64,000 nt of DNA, from NCBI GenBank assembly GCA_944389415.1, contig CALXMF010000005.1:19798-83797 (forward strand). The letters are read 5' to 3'. The notes under the pieces are model-generated. The model was not told the origin of the DNA, did not search any database, and was given only the letters and a program-made list of their open reading frames with translations. The DNA comes from an uncultured Spirochaetota bacterium (GTDB lineage: Bacteria > Spirochaetota > Spirochaetia > Treponematales > Treponemataceae). This document shows, piece after piece, positions 51,298-60,312 of this stretch (position 1 is its first letter; each line of letters opens with the position of its first letter). A program made the position numbers and the translations under genes.

Positions 51298-52599
51298 ATG
51301 AAAGCTGTTATTATGGCCGGTGGTAAAGGTACTCGAATCGCTTCTGTAAATGCGGAAGTACCTAAACCGATGATCCAGATTCTTGGTAAACCAATTCTTG
51401 AATATCAACTTGAAAACCTGAAGGCACAGGGGATTACTGATATAATTCTAGTTGTCGGACACCTTAAACAGGTGATTCAGAATTATTTTGGAGATGGCAC
51501 ACGCATATCGCCCTGCACCAGCAGGCCATTTGGAGTTAATATTAGCTATATAGAAGAAAATGAACCGCTTGGTACTGCAGGCGCTCTGTATTACCTTAAA
51601 AACAGCCTTACAGATGATTTTTTGCTGCTATGCGGAGATATTATTTTTGATATAGATATTGAACGTTTCTATACATTTCATAAACAGCATGGAGCATACG
51701 CAACAATATTTACTCATCCCAATAGTCATCCGTATGACAGCGGAATTATTATTGCTGATGAAAAAGGCTGCGTTCACAATTGGCTGCACAAAGAAGATGC
51801 ACGGACATGGTATAAAAATCGCGTCAATGCCGGTATCCATATTATTTCACCGAATTTACTCAGTAATTTTACGACCCCAATCAAAAAAGATTTAGATAGA
51901 GATATATTAAAGCCATTAATCTCCGAACATCAATTATATTGCTATGACTCACCTGAATATGTAAAAGACATGGGTACCCCAGATCGGTTTTACAGTGTAA
52001 TAGAGGATATTAAAAGCGGCAGAGTACATGCTAAAAACCTTCATAACAAACAGAAAGCTATTTTTCTGGATCGAGATGGAACGATTAATACCTACACTGG
52101 ATTTTTAACAGCACCCGAGCAATTGACACTGCTGCCAGGTGCCGCAGAAGCGATCAGAAAGATAAATGAAAGCGGTTATCTGGCAATTGTAATCACCAAC
52201 CAACCTGTTATTGCCCGCGGTGATTGTACTATTGAAGAATTAAATATTATTCACCAAAAACTAGAAACCATGCTTGGAAAAGAAGGTGCTTATCTTGATG
52301 GGATTTACTATTGTCCGCATCATCCTGAGAAGGGGTTTCCTGGAGAGCGTCCTGAATATAAGATAGAATGCAACTGCAGAAAGCCGAAGCCTGGACTGAT
52401 TTTAGAGGCTGTTCAACATTTTAATATTGATATTCAATCATCATGGATGATTGGAGACAGTCTGACAGACATTAAATGTGGAAAAAATGCAGGGTGTCAG
52501 AGTGCCGGCGTGGGAGAAACACTCTTAAGAGAAAAGGATACTGATTTTCCTGTTTTCAATTCCTTACTGGAATGTATACAACATATTTTACCGGAATAA
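51298..52599 (+). CDS. Fusion of sugar-1-phosphate nucleotidyltransferase (HddC-like) and HAD-IIIA heptose bisphosphate phosphatase (GmhB-like)
   Basis: N-terminal MKAVIMAGGKGTRI. C-terminal FLDRDGTIN, CNCRKPKPG and GDSLTDIKCG. Confidence 0.75.
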   Translation: MKAVIMAGGKGTRIASVNAEVPKPMIQILGKPILEYQLENLKAQGITDIILVVGHLKQVIQNYFGDGTRISPCTSRPFGVNISYIEENEPLGTAGALYYLKNSLTDDFLLLCGDIIFDIDIERFYTFHKQHGAYATIFTHPNSHPYDSGIIIADEKGCVHNWLHKEDARTWYKNRVNAGIHIISPNLLSNFTTPIKKDLDRDILKPLISEHQLYCYDSPEYVKDMGTPDRFYSVIEDIKSGRVHAKNLHNKQKAIFLDRDGTINTYTGFLTAPEQLTLLPGAAEAIRKINESGYLAIVITNQPVIARGDCTIEELNIIHQKLETMLGKEGAYLDGIYYCPHHPEKGFPGERPEYKIECNCRKPKPGLILEAVQHFNIDIQSSWMIGDSLTDIKCGKNAGCQSAGVGETLLREKDTDFPVFNSLLECIQHILPE

Positions 52600-52613
52600 G
52601 GCAGATACATAAT

Positions 52614-53714
52614 ATGAAAGTTGCAATTGTTCATTATTGGTTAGTCAATATGCGTGGTGGCGAAAAAATGCTTGAAGCTCTTCTGGATATTTTTCCTGAA
52701 GCAGACATTTATACTCATGTATATGCACCAGAAAAAATATCTGATAAAATCAAACAACACCATATCTATACGACCTATATTAATTCACTGCCCTTTGCCA
52801 GAAAACTATATCAAAAATATATGCCTTTAATGCCTAATGCGTTAAAAGAACTCAATTTACAAAATTATGATCTCATTATTTCTTCTGAGGCCGGACCAGC
52901 TAAAGGTGTTGTTCCTGCACCAGAGGCTTTTCATATCTGTTACTGTCATTCACCAATGAGATATATTTGGGATATGTATCATACATATTTTCAGAAAGCA
53001 GGTTTTCTAACAAAATTCTTTATGAAAAAACTGGTGCCGTCGTTGCGAATTTGGGATATCACTTCTGCAAATATGGTTGATAGATTTATCACAAATTCAC
53101 ACTACGTAGCACAGCGCATAAGGCGCTACTATAACCGGGATGCTCTAGTTGTGTACGGCCCTGCAGCAATTGAACAATATATCAATATATCGCGAGACCC
53201 ACAGGATTTTTATCTGTTTTTTGGGCAGCTGGTCGGATATAAACGGGCAGATATAGCAATAAACGCATGTTTAAAATCGAATAGAAAACTGATTCTGGCA
53301 GGCGATGGTGCATCGTCCCAAATAAAACAAAAATATAAAAATAATCCGCTCATTACCTTTCTAGGTCGAGTCAGTGATGATGATATCAAAAAACTGTTTT
53401 CGCAGGCCAAAGCACTTCTTTTTCCCGGAATTGAAGATCTCGGGCTTATCCCCATAGAGGCAAACGCAGCAGGATGCCCTGTTATTGCATTTAGACGAGG
53501 CGGAGCGCTTGATACCGTTAAAGAAAATATAACTGGAATCTTTTTTGACCAGCAGACTCCCGAGTCTCTTATAGATGCGCTTGATCGTTTTGAATCATTA
53601 CCACCTGATACATTCGCAGATAGACAGCAATTTACAAATCATGTCCAACAATTTTCACGAGAAGCGTTTATTGAACGGATACAGCAGGTTGTCTCAGAGA
53701 GAAAGCGTATATAG
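52614..53714 (+). CDS. Glycosyltransferase family 4
   Basis: Start at MKVAIVHYWLVNMRGGEKMLEAL. C-terminal FPGIEDLGLIPIEANAAGCPVIAFRRGG. Confidence 0.8.
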   Translation: MKVAIVHYWLVNMRGGEKMLEALLDIFPEADIYTHVYAPEKISDKIKQHHIYTTYINSLPFARKLYQKYMPLMPNALKELNLQNYDLIISSEAGPAKGVVPAPEAFHICYCHSPMRYIWDMYHTYFQKAGFLTKFFMKKLVPSLRIWDITSANMVDRFITNSHYVAQRIRRYYNRDALVVYGPAAIEQYINISRDPQDFYLFFGQLVGYKRADIAINACLKSNRKLILAGDGASSQIKQKYKNNPLITFLGRVSDDDIKKLFSQAKALLFPGIEDLGLIPIEANAAGCPVIAFRRGGALDTVKENITGIFFDQQTPESLIDALDRFESLPPDTFADRQQFTNHVQQFSREAFIERIQQVVSERKRI

Positions 53715-53790
53715 TTTCTCTGCAATTGCTTGAAAAAAAAGAAAATGTATGTTACAAATGTATTGAATCTGAATTAAAAGGAAAAAACAC

Positions 53791-54168
53791 ATGGGTGTAC
53801 GCGGAGAGCTTTTTACTACACAAGTTACATTAGATAATCGTTCCTATTTTTTTAATGTAAAAGAAAATAGAACAGGGGACGTTTTTTTGCAGGTAGTGGA
53901 AAGCAAAAGTAAAAATGGAGAAGACTTCGACAGGCACGCTATCGTTATTTTTGCAGATGATATGCCAAAATTCTTTAAGGGACTTGATGATTCACTGCAA
54001 TTTATCGAAAAAGACAGGAAAGAACGTGCAAAAAAAGCAGAAGAACGTAAAAAAGCTGCTGTAAATAAAAAAGTATACAGAAAAAAAACAGAACCGGAAC
54101 ATAAACGCGAAGGGATTAAACGAACCGGAAAAATACATATTGTTTCAAAAAGGCCCACAGAAGATTAA
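53791..54168 (+). CDS. DUF3276 / PUR-alpha-like nucleic-acid-binding protein
   Basis: ELFTTQVTLDNRSYFFNVKENRTGDVFLQVVESKSK...HAIVIFADDMPKFFKGL, followed by a Lys/Arg/Glu-rich tail. Confidence 0.7.
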   Translation: MGVRGELFTTQVTLDNRSYFFNVKENRTGDVFLQVVESKSKNGEDFDRHAIVIFADDMPKFFKGLDDSLQFIEKDRKERAKKAEERKKAAVNKKVYRKKTEPEHKREGIKRTGKIHIVSKRPTED

Positions 54169-54770
54169 TATTTAAATGTCAACCTCTGAATCGGAGAAGG
54201 TCCTTTCTTTCTACATATAGCGCGGTGTTCTGCTGTGGGATACCCCTTATGGCGTTCATAACCATATTCCGGATACTGCGCTCCATATTCAGTCATAATC
54301 CGATCCCGTTCATTTTTAGCCAGAATAGAAGCTGCCATAACGGCTGGAATTTTATCGTCAGCTTTTATCACTGCTCTATTGTACACAGCATACACATTGC
54401 TTACAATTTCAGCTGTATGCCTGCCATCAGCAACAGCAATGATTTGAATATCTGAGGAGGCAATTGAGCACCGTGCTAGAAAAGCAGGAATCTTTTTAAA
54501 AAGGGACTCAGCAGCCTGGCGCATAGCAAGAAGGCTTGCTTGTAAAATATTTATCTTATCTATTATTTCACAATCGACGATACCGATTCCCCAACATGAC
54601 AGTTCCTTAATAACAAGTTCTGCTGAGAACCGACGTTTTTCTGATAATTTTTTTGAATCTGCAAGAATATCCAATGGAAAATTTTCAGGAAGGATAACGG
54701 CTCCTGCAACAACAGGGCCAGCAAGAGGTCCCCTACCCGCTTCATCAAGTCCACATATCAATTCAGTCAC
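54165..54770 (-). CDS. rnhB: Ribonuclease HII
   Basis: GLDEAGRGPLAGPVV, ADSKKLS, and a C-terminal GYPT..H region. Confidence 0.9.
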   Translation of the reverse strand: MTELICGLDEAGRGPLAGPVVAGAVILPENFPLDILADSKKLSEKRRFSAELVIKELSCWGIGIVDCEIIDKINILQASLLAMRQAAESLFKKIPAFLARCSIASSDIQIIAVADGRHTAEIVSNVYAVYNRAVIKADDKIPAVMAASILAKNERDRIMTEYGAQYPEYGYERHKGYPTAEHRAICRKKGPSPIQRLTFKY

Positions 54771-55917
54771 GAGCCATACCCTTTATCCAGAAGAAACAGT
54801 TATTATTTAAAACCGTATCCTTATTGAGCACCGCAACAACTAAATAATATACCTCAGTATCAGAGAGATGCAGTGTTATCTGAGGTCTGTCTGAGACATA
54901 ATCAAGACTCGTCTGAACCATTTCACCATCTAACGTAAAAACAGCTGCAACAGCATTCATTTGCAGCCAGAGTCCTGCACTATCACCGACTCCCACCGTA
55001 TATAGTCCCTGCTCCTCAGGAGAAAAAACAGCAACATCATAATCAGGATAACGAATAGCAGCTGGACCACCAGAAGATGGTATCAGCACAGGATCAATAT
55101 CAGAGGGTGATAAAGATTGTTTTTCAGGCAACCATTGAGAAAGTTGTGAAAGTAAATTCTCGGTGAAAATTGCATTTGGCGAAACAACCCGCTGTAAAGA
55201 TATATCCGCGGCGGGTTCTGAAGCTATTCTATATTCCTCCAAAGCAGCAGAGGACACATCGGCAATAAAATCAAAGGCGTACCGTTCACCGTTTCGTCCA
55301 TTAAAATAATAGATCGAATCCTTCAACAGTGCATCGGAATCAGGATAAACAGGACATTCAACAGACATTCTGATTTCTCCTGTTTCCAGATCAAGCACGA
55401 TTAAACGTGGTTCTGCAGTAATAAAAATAACAGAATCAGCAGAGAAACACGGAGTGGAAACTATGGGAAACTGACATGTATATGACCATAACTGACTTTG
55501 TTCTGCAGGAATTATTTCTGTTTTCATTCGTAAGAATTTCTGCAATATATTCTGTTCTACATAGCGTTCCGCTGTCGTTACCAGACACTCTAATACATAT
55601 CCATCATCTTCCAATATACAACTGTATGCACCAGCAGTACGCGGGAAACTAAATGGCTCCAATGAAATTATATTTTCTGAAACACCTATAAAACGAGGCG
55701 ACAAATCACGCAAACAGGCTCCTTCTGGCAAAGAAGGAATCAAATCAACTTCATTTTCTACAATAGGAGCAGGAAGAATAGTATCAACAGCAGAATTAAA
55801 ACTAGGTATTCTTTCGGTATAATAAAGCAGCAATGCAGCACCTGTGACACAGAGTACAAGAATGATACAACATATTAGAATAATAAAAATATGTTTTTTT
55901 TTAGAAGTATTCCCCAT
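54763..55917 (-). CDS. Membrane-anchored hypothetical protein
   Basis: 384 aa with an N-terminal TM anchor (IFIILICCIILVLCVTGAALLL). 8-nt overlap with rnhB. Confidence 0.65.
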   Translation of the reverse strand: MGNTSKKKHIFIILICCIILVLCVTGAALLLYYTERIPSFNSAVDTILPAPIVENEVDLIPSLPEGACLRDLSPRFIGVSENIISLEPFSFPRTAGAYSCILEDDGYVLECLVTTAERYVEQNILQKFLRMKTEIIPAEQSQLWSYTCQFPIVSTPCFSADSVIFITAEPRLIVLDLETGEIRMSVECPVYPDSDALLKDSIYYFNGRNGERYAFDFIADVSSAALEEYRIASEPAADISLQRVVSPNAIFTENLLSQLSQWLPEKQSLSPSDIDPVLIPSSGGPAAIRYPDYDVAVFSPEEQGLYTVGVGDSAGLWLQMNAVAAVFTLDGEMVQTSLDYVSDRPQITLHLSDTEVYYLVVAVLNKDTVLNNNCFFWIKGMARD

Positions 55918-55922
55918 AGTAT

Positions 55923-56984
55923 TTAGTACCTCCGGAGTTTTTCAAGACAGCGGCTTACATATATTGGCACAGCAGTATTAAAAAATTCCAGTTCTGTAAT
56001 CAATTTAGTAAGACTTTCACGGTCAAGCGCCACAACTGCAAAAGTATTTTCCATTACCTGCGTAAAGACGTCATTAGACTGTCCAGACAAGATACTGCTT
56101 ATCGGAATTCCATATTCAGCACTAATGATATTTGCTTCTGTAATTAATGCTGATACCTGTTCATACATTGTAAGTTCAGATGGTACTAGCACGTTCTGCT
56201 GTTGAATATAATCAGCTAAAAATTCTTTTACTTCTCTATAGGGTTCTTGTGTTTTTAACACATACAAAAGCTCTGGATCACGAAACATATCAGTTAAAAG
56301 ATCCTTTATAACAGACTTATTATTATCTGCTTGTAAAAGGTAAAGCCGAAGAGTTTCTGCTCGTGAAGCAGCCTGAACAAATCTTGGAGTCAGCCACTCT
56401 GTCGAGACAGATGATCGAGTATTTAGCGCTGTAAAACGTTTTTTTACTTCATCCGGCACAGATTCACAAATATTATATTTAGATAGATATTCAGTCAAAC
56501 ATATAAAGAGATTGTACGCAGATACCCCTCCCTGCATCCGGACAGCAGCTCCGCTGAGAAACTTCTGTATGGCATTATCCACTTCCGGGAAAGGAATTCC
56601 CTGGTAAAAATACGGGCGCATAAAACACATATACCAGAGACATTCTGCATAAACAAGCTCATATGCGCTTGTTTCAAATGCATACCTTTCGTCAATAAGA
56701 GTTTCGAGGTATTTGCAATACAACTGTTCATTTTGTTCATTATCAGATGAAAAGGAGAGATTAAATTGAGATAAACGACTTTCTACATTTGTTCCCGTTT
56801 TACCCTGCAGCAATGCATCAAGAATCAACCAGTCATCAGTCGTTATAACAAGCTGATCATCAATAGTATTATTTTCTATCGGATTTTGATTCGCGTCCAC
56901 AACAGATACAGAAATCTGCTCTTCCCCAAAAGAAAACATCGAAAGAAGCAACGCTACTGCAAAAACTGCTGTTATTTTCATCAC
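55923..56984 (-). CDS. Secreted hypothetical protein
   Basis: 353 aa with a signal peptide (MMKITAVFAVALLLSMFSFG). 4-nt overlap with the upstream gene. Confidence 0.65.
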   Translation of the reverse strand: MMKITAVFAVALLLSMFSFGEEQISVSVVDANQNPIENNTIDDQLVITTDDWLILDALLQGKTGTNVESRLSQFNLSFSSDNEQNEQLYCKYLETLIDERYAFETSAYELVYAECLWYMCFMRPYFYQGIPFPEVDNAIQKFLSGAAVRMQGGVSAYNLFICLTEYLSKYNICESVPDEVKKRFTALNTRSSVSTEWLTPRFVQAASRAETLRLYLLQADNNKSVIKDLLTDMFRDPELLYVLKTQEPYREVKEFLADYIQQQNVLVPSELTMYEQVSALITEANIISAEYGIPISSILSGQSNDVFTQVMENTFAVVALDRESLTKLITELEFFNTAVPIYVSRCLEKLRRY

Positions 56985-59245
56985 AACGTATCCTGAAAAT
57001 TCTGAAATCCATGTATCGAATTCTCTTTTTCTTCAAGTATATCTGTCATGCGATTTTTCCAGATAGCAGCGGAACGAAAACCTCGCGGCACAGCATCCTG
57101 AAATTCAATTGCAAAAGAGTTACGAACAAGGCGGGTTTCAACGGTACTTAGTTCGGCAATACGGCCAAGCCTTGTAATCAATTTTGCAGATGTATCATAT
57201 AAAGAAAAAGAGCCGCCATTCAAAGAAAAGCAAACAGTTGTAGAACCTATTAAAGAAACGTCAGAATCACGCATCGTTATATTACAGTTTTTTCCTGAAA
57301 TCAATGAAACATATATCCGTGCCTGAACAGAGGCAGAACAACTTTCAAGCAGGACATCAGAATCTGCGCAATCAAACAATACACCATTTGAACCAAAAAC
57401 AGTAGCAAAATTACACGTATCAAAATACACATTTGCTTTTTTCAGTGAAAACATATTCTGGCTGTAACTGCTTTCTGAATTCACCTTATATTCAAATGCA
57501 CAATTTTTGATTCGTACATTGGCATTGCGAACTATAATCGGATCTTCCGCAGAAAACGAAAAAACTGTCCGATCTCTACTAATAATCTCACAGTCAGAAG
57601 AAATAGCCGTTTTAGAAACTAATGGAATAATTCCGCTTACATATACTCGCGTAAATTCCTGCGCATTTATAATGGGAATTACCTCAGCAAAAGTAGTAAA
57701 CGGATATGAGAGACTGCCATCTGCGGGATGTGAATCATTCTCATCATATTCCGCATTGGGATTAATATAATAATTGCATCGGTCAACAATAGCAGTAAAT
57801 ATAGCAGGCTCGCTTTTATTGCCGGCAGCATCAGCTGCATATGCAAATACCGTATATAGAACCGCCTGTGATATATCCCCCGGTAGTTCAATAGTCTGCT
57901 TTCGAAGCAGATCATATCTCTCAGATGTTTTTTTTACTAACGGAGCTGAATTAATACCCAGACTATCAAATCCTTCAATCTGTTCAACAGATTGTACATC
58001 ATAGTATATAGAATTTTTTTCCTGTGTCGTAAAATTAAGATGAATCGCTGATCGTGAATACAGAGGAGCATCATCAAGTGCTGTAATTACAGGGGGACGA
58101 GGAGGTTTTTTATCAATCAAAAGAGAAACAAACAGTTTTCCCTGATATAAGCTATTCTGATAGACTGAAACAGGAATAGTCTCTGACAATTCCTCTCCCC
58201 ACAATATATCCGCACAAATTACCGAATACACACCATTTACAGGTGTGGCAGAATCTTCGAAACTGAACATATAATTGCCAGATACACCAGGCGACTGCAG
58301 CACACTAATAAACACAGCTCCATTATGAACAGAATCGCCAGATTTTGGAGAAATTTCTAATTGTGGTTTAGGCGGAAGTTCATAACGATATACAGGATTT
58401 TCAGAATCAAAAACAATACTTTGCCATTGAATTATATGAGAAATACTCCTATCAACTTCTACAGGCTCATCAGAAGCAGCAAACCATTCACCACCATCCA
58501 CAGAATAAATATACCGTTGATTTGTCAGATATATCTTTTCCCAGTCCTCAATACGAATAGGAACATCTGTTTTTGCAAGAGGGACACCTGAAGCAGCAGT
58601 CACATGAATTACAAAATGATAAGCCGTATCTTCTGTATAGATATTACAAGGAACAAATCTCTCTAGCGCATTTGATGCATCAAGTGCAAACCGTCCCGCA
58701 GAAAGATATGCCTCATCAGCGGAAAGGTTCTCTCCCAGTGAAATACGCATATTAGGAGGAAGATTAACTGTTTTACCAGGAGTAAATTCATATAACGGAT
58801 TTTCAAAAAAATCAGCAAGCACATCAGGAATAGGTTGCTCCTCTACAGAAAACTCAACAGAATCAGAGACGGCACCATTACTACTAACTGTCACAAGAGA
58901 TAAATAAACATCTCCCACCACATCAAGAAAGACAGGACCATCATATGCAAAACCTGACTCAAGAGGATTTGTTCCTGCCACAGAATAATACACATCACAG
59001 CCGTCAGGAACATCTAAAATGAGAGCTTGTTTGTTTCCCCAACATCCCGGAAGAGGACTCAAAATTTTTGCAGCAGGAACATCACCAGATATCACCTGAG
59101 CAGAAGCATAACTATATATATTTATCCAGATAATAACAGACAACAACAGCTGTATAATACCTGTATAGTATCGCCTCCGCATTGGAACCGCATAAATTTT
59201 TTTGACCGTTTCCAGTCCCATATTTTCTAAAAACATGCAATGCAT
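56981..59245 (-). CDS. Large exported protein with probable parallel beta-helix C-terminal region
   Basis: 754 aa with AGGGGA RBS and an N-terminal hydrophobic anchor. The C-terminal third has repetitive short strands rich in N/S/C (VRNANVRIKNCAFEY..., ANVYFDTCNFATVFGSNGVLFDCADSDVLLESCSAS...). Confidence 0.65.
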   Translation of the reverse strand: MHCMFLENMGLETVKKIYAVPMRRRYYTGIIQLLLSVIIWINIYSYASAQVISGDVPAAKILSPLPGCWGNKQALILDVPDGCDVYYSVAGTNPLESGFAYDGPVFLDVVGDVYLSLVTVSSNGAVSDSVEFSVEEQPIPDVLADFFENPLYEFTPGKTVNLPPNMRISLGENLSADEAYLSAGRFALDASNALERFVPCNIYTEDTAYHFVIHVTAASGVPLAKTDVPIRIEDWEKIYLTNQRYIYSVDGGEWFAASDEPVEVDRSISHIIQWQSIVFDSENPVYRYELPPKPQLEISPKSGDSVHNGAVFISVLQSPGVSGNYMFSFEDSATPVNGVYSVICADILWGEELSETIPVSVYQNSLYQGKLFVSLLIDKKPPRPPVITALDDAPLYSRSAIHLNFTTQEKNSIYYDVQSVEQIEGFDSLGINSAPLVKKTSERYDLLRKQTIELPGDISQAVLYTVFAYAADAAGNKSEPAIFTAIVDRCNYYINPNAEYDENDSHPADGSLSYPFTTFAEVIPIINAQEFTRVYVSGIIPLVSKTAISSDCEIISRDRTVFSFSAEDPIIVRNANVRIKNCAFEYKVNSESSYSQNMFSLKKANVYFDTCNFATVFGSNGVLFDCADSDVLLESCSASVQARIYVSLISGKNCNITMRDSDVSLIGSTTVCFSLNGGSFSLYDTSAKLITRLGRIAELSTVETRLVRNSFAIEFQDAVPRGFRSAAIWKNRMTDILEEKENSIHGFQNFQDTL

Positions 59246-59258
59246 GAAATCCCCTATT

Positions 59259-59861
59259 TTATTTCAGCTCTGCAAAGACTTCCCGCAACTCAGGATCCTG
59301 GCTAAAATAGTATTCTTCTAACTCCTCTTTGGAAAGGCCTATAAGCTCATGACTCATATAATGAATCCAGCGATCATCAGATGGATTTTCTATGGTAAAT
59401 TTTCGGCACCAGTAATCAGGTTGAATAGGAAGCTGTTCTTCATTATACGTAAAATACTTATAATCATGAACAGCAACTTTAATATCTTTACGAGGAATAC
59501 CTTTTTCAAGCAGTACCTCAACCAGGTAATTAATAGTTTTACCGCTGTCAAAAATATCATCAACCAGTAATATCTTATCACCTGGCCGAAGATGTTCCGG
59601 CGAATATGTCCAGCCGTCAATCATAACACGGGAACGCTGTCGAATATCAGTATAAGACCGCGCAACTACAGCCGCATACAGAACAGGATGCACATCAGTC
59701 CTTGCAATTTTAAAATATTCACTAATAACATTTGCCATATATGCACCACCTCGGAGTGACACATATATAACATCAGGCATAAATCCATCTTTATGAATTC
59801 TGTGCGCAAGTTTCAAAGCATCGTTGCGAACTGTATCATACGGTAGAAATTCTTTAATCAT
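59259..59861 (-). CDS. Phosphoribosyltransferase (purine PRT-like)
   Basis: Start at MIKEFLPYD after AAGGGGG. PRPP-binding motif ILLVDDIFDSGKT. Confidence 0.8.
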   Translation of the reverse strand: MIKEFLPYDTVRNDALKLAHRIHKDGFMPDVIYVSLRGGAYMANVISEYFKIARTDVHPVLYAAVVARSYTDIRQRSRVMIDGWTYSPEHLRPGDKILLVDDIFDSGKTINYLVEVLLEKGIPRKDIKVAVHDYKYFTYNEEQLPIQPDYWCRKFTIENPSDDRWIHYMSHELIGLSKEELEEYYFSQDPELREVFAELK

Positions 59862-59950
59862 ACAACCCCCTTGGTACACAGACAATATCATAACCTAAAA
59901 AAAAACTCGTTACAAGAAGTTTTCCGAGCGCTGTCCCTATGATTCTCTAC

Positions 59951-59979
59951 TTGATTTTGTTCATAGCAAAGCGTATATT
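59951..59979 (+). promoter_or_regulatory. Candidate promoter of the hyd maturation operon
   Basis: TTGATT, 17-nt spacer, TATATT, followed by inverted repeat GATCAT-n8-ATGATC at 59994-60013. Confidence 0.4.
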
Positions 59980-60048
59980 AAAAATATCTATCAGATCATT
60001 GTGCTGTATGATCATACCTCTGGTATCTGACACAAAGGGAGTTCCGCC

Positions 60049-60267
60049 GTGAAAGAAACAGATTCAAACAGAATTGCCATCATAGGCATTATTGTAGAAG
60101 AAATCACCTCCGCAGCATCTCTCAATGAGATACTGCATCAATACGGTAGCTTTATCATAGGCAGGATGGGTGTACCTCATCATAAACGCGGAATAAATAT
60201 TATTAGTATTGTTATAGATGCACCGCAGGACACTATCAGTGCGCTTTCTGGAAAAATAGGTCACTAA
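60049..60267 (+). CDS. TM1266-family putative iron-only hydrogenase system regulator (3' end apparently frameshifted)
   Basis: GTG start. RIAIIGIIVEE...IIGRMGVPHHKRGINIISIVIDAPQDTISALSGKIG fits the family as I remember it. The expected C-terminal strand is encoded in another frame (60261-60329). Confidence 0.7.
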   Translation: MKETDSNRIAIIGIIVEEITSAASLNEILHQYGSFIIGRMGVPHHKRGINIISIVIDAPQDTISALSGKIGH

Positions 60268-60312
60268 AAGGAATTACTTCAAAAACCATTTATTCACGTT
60301 CTAAAAGCATCA

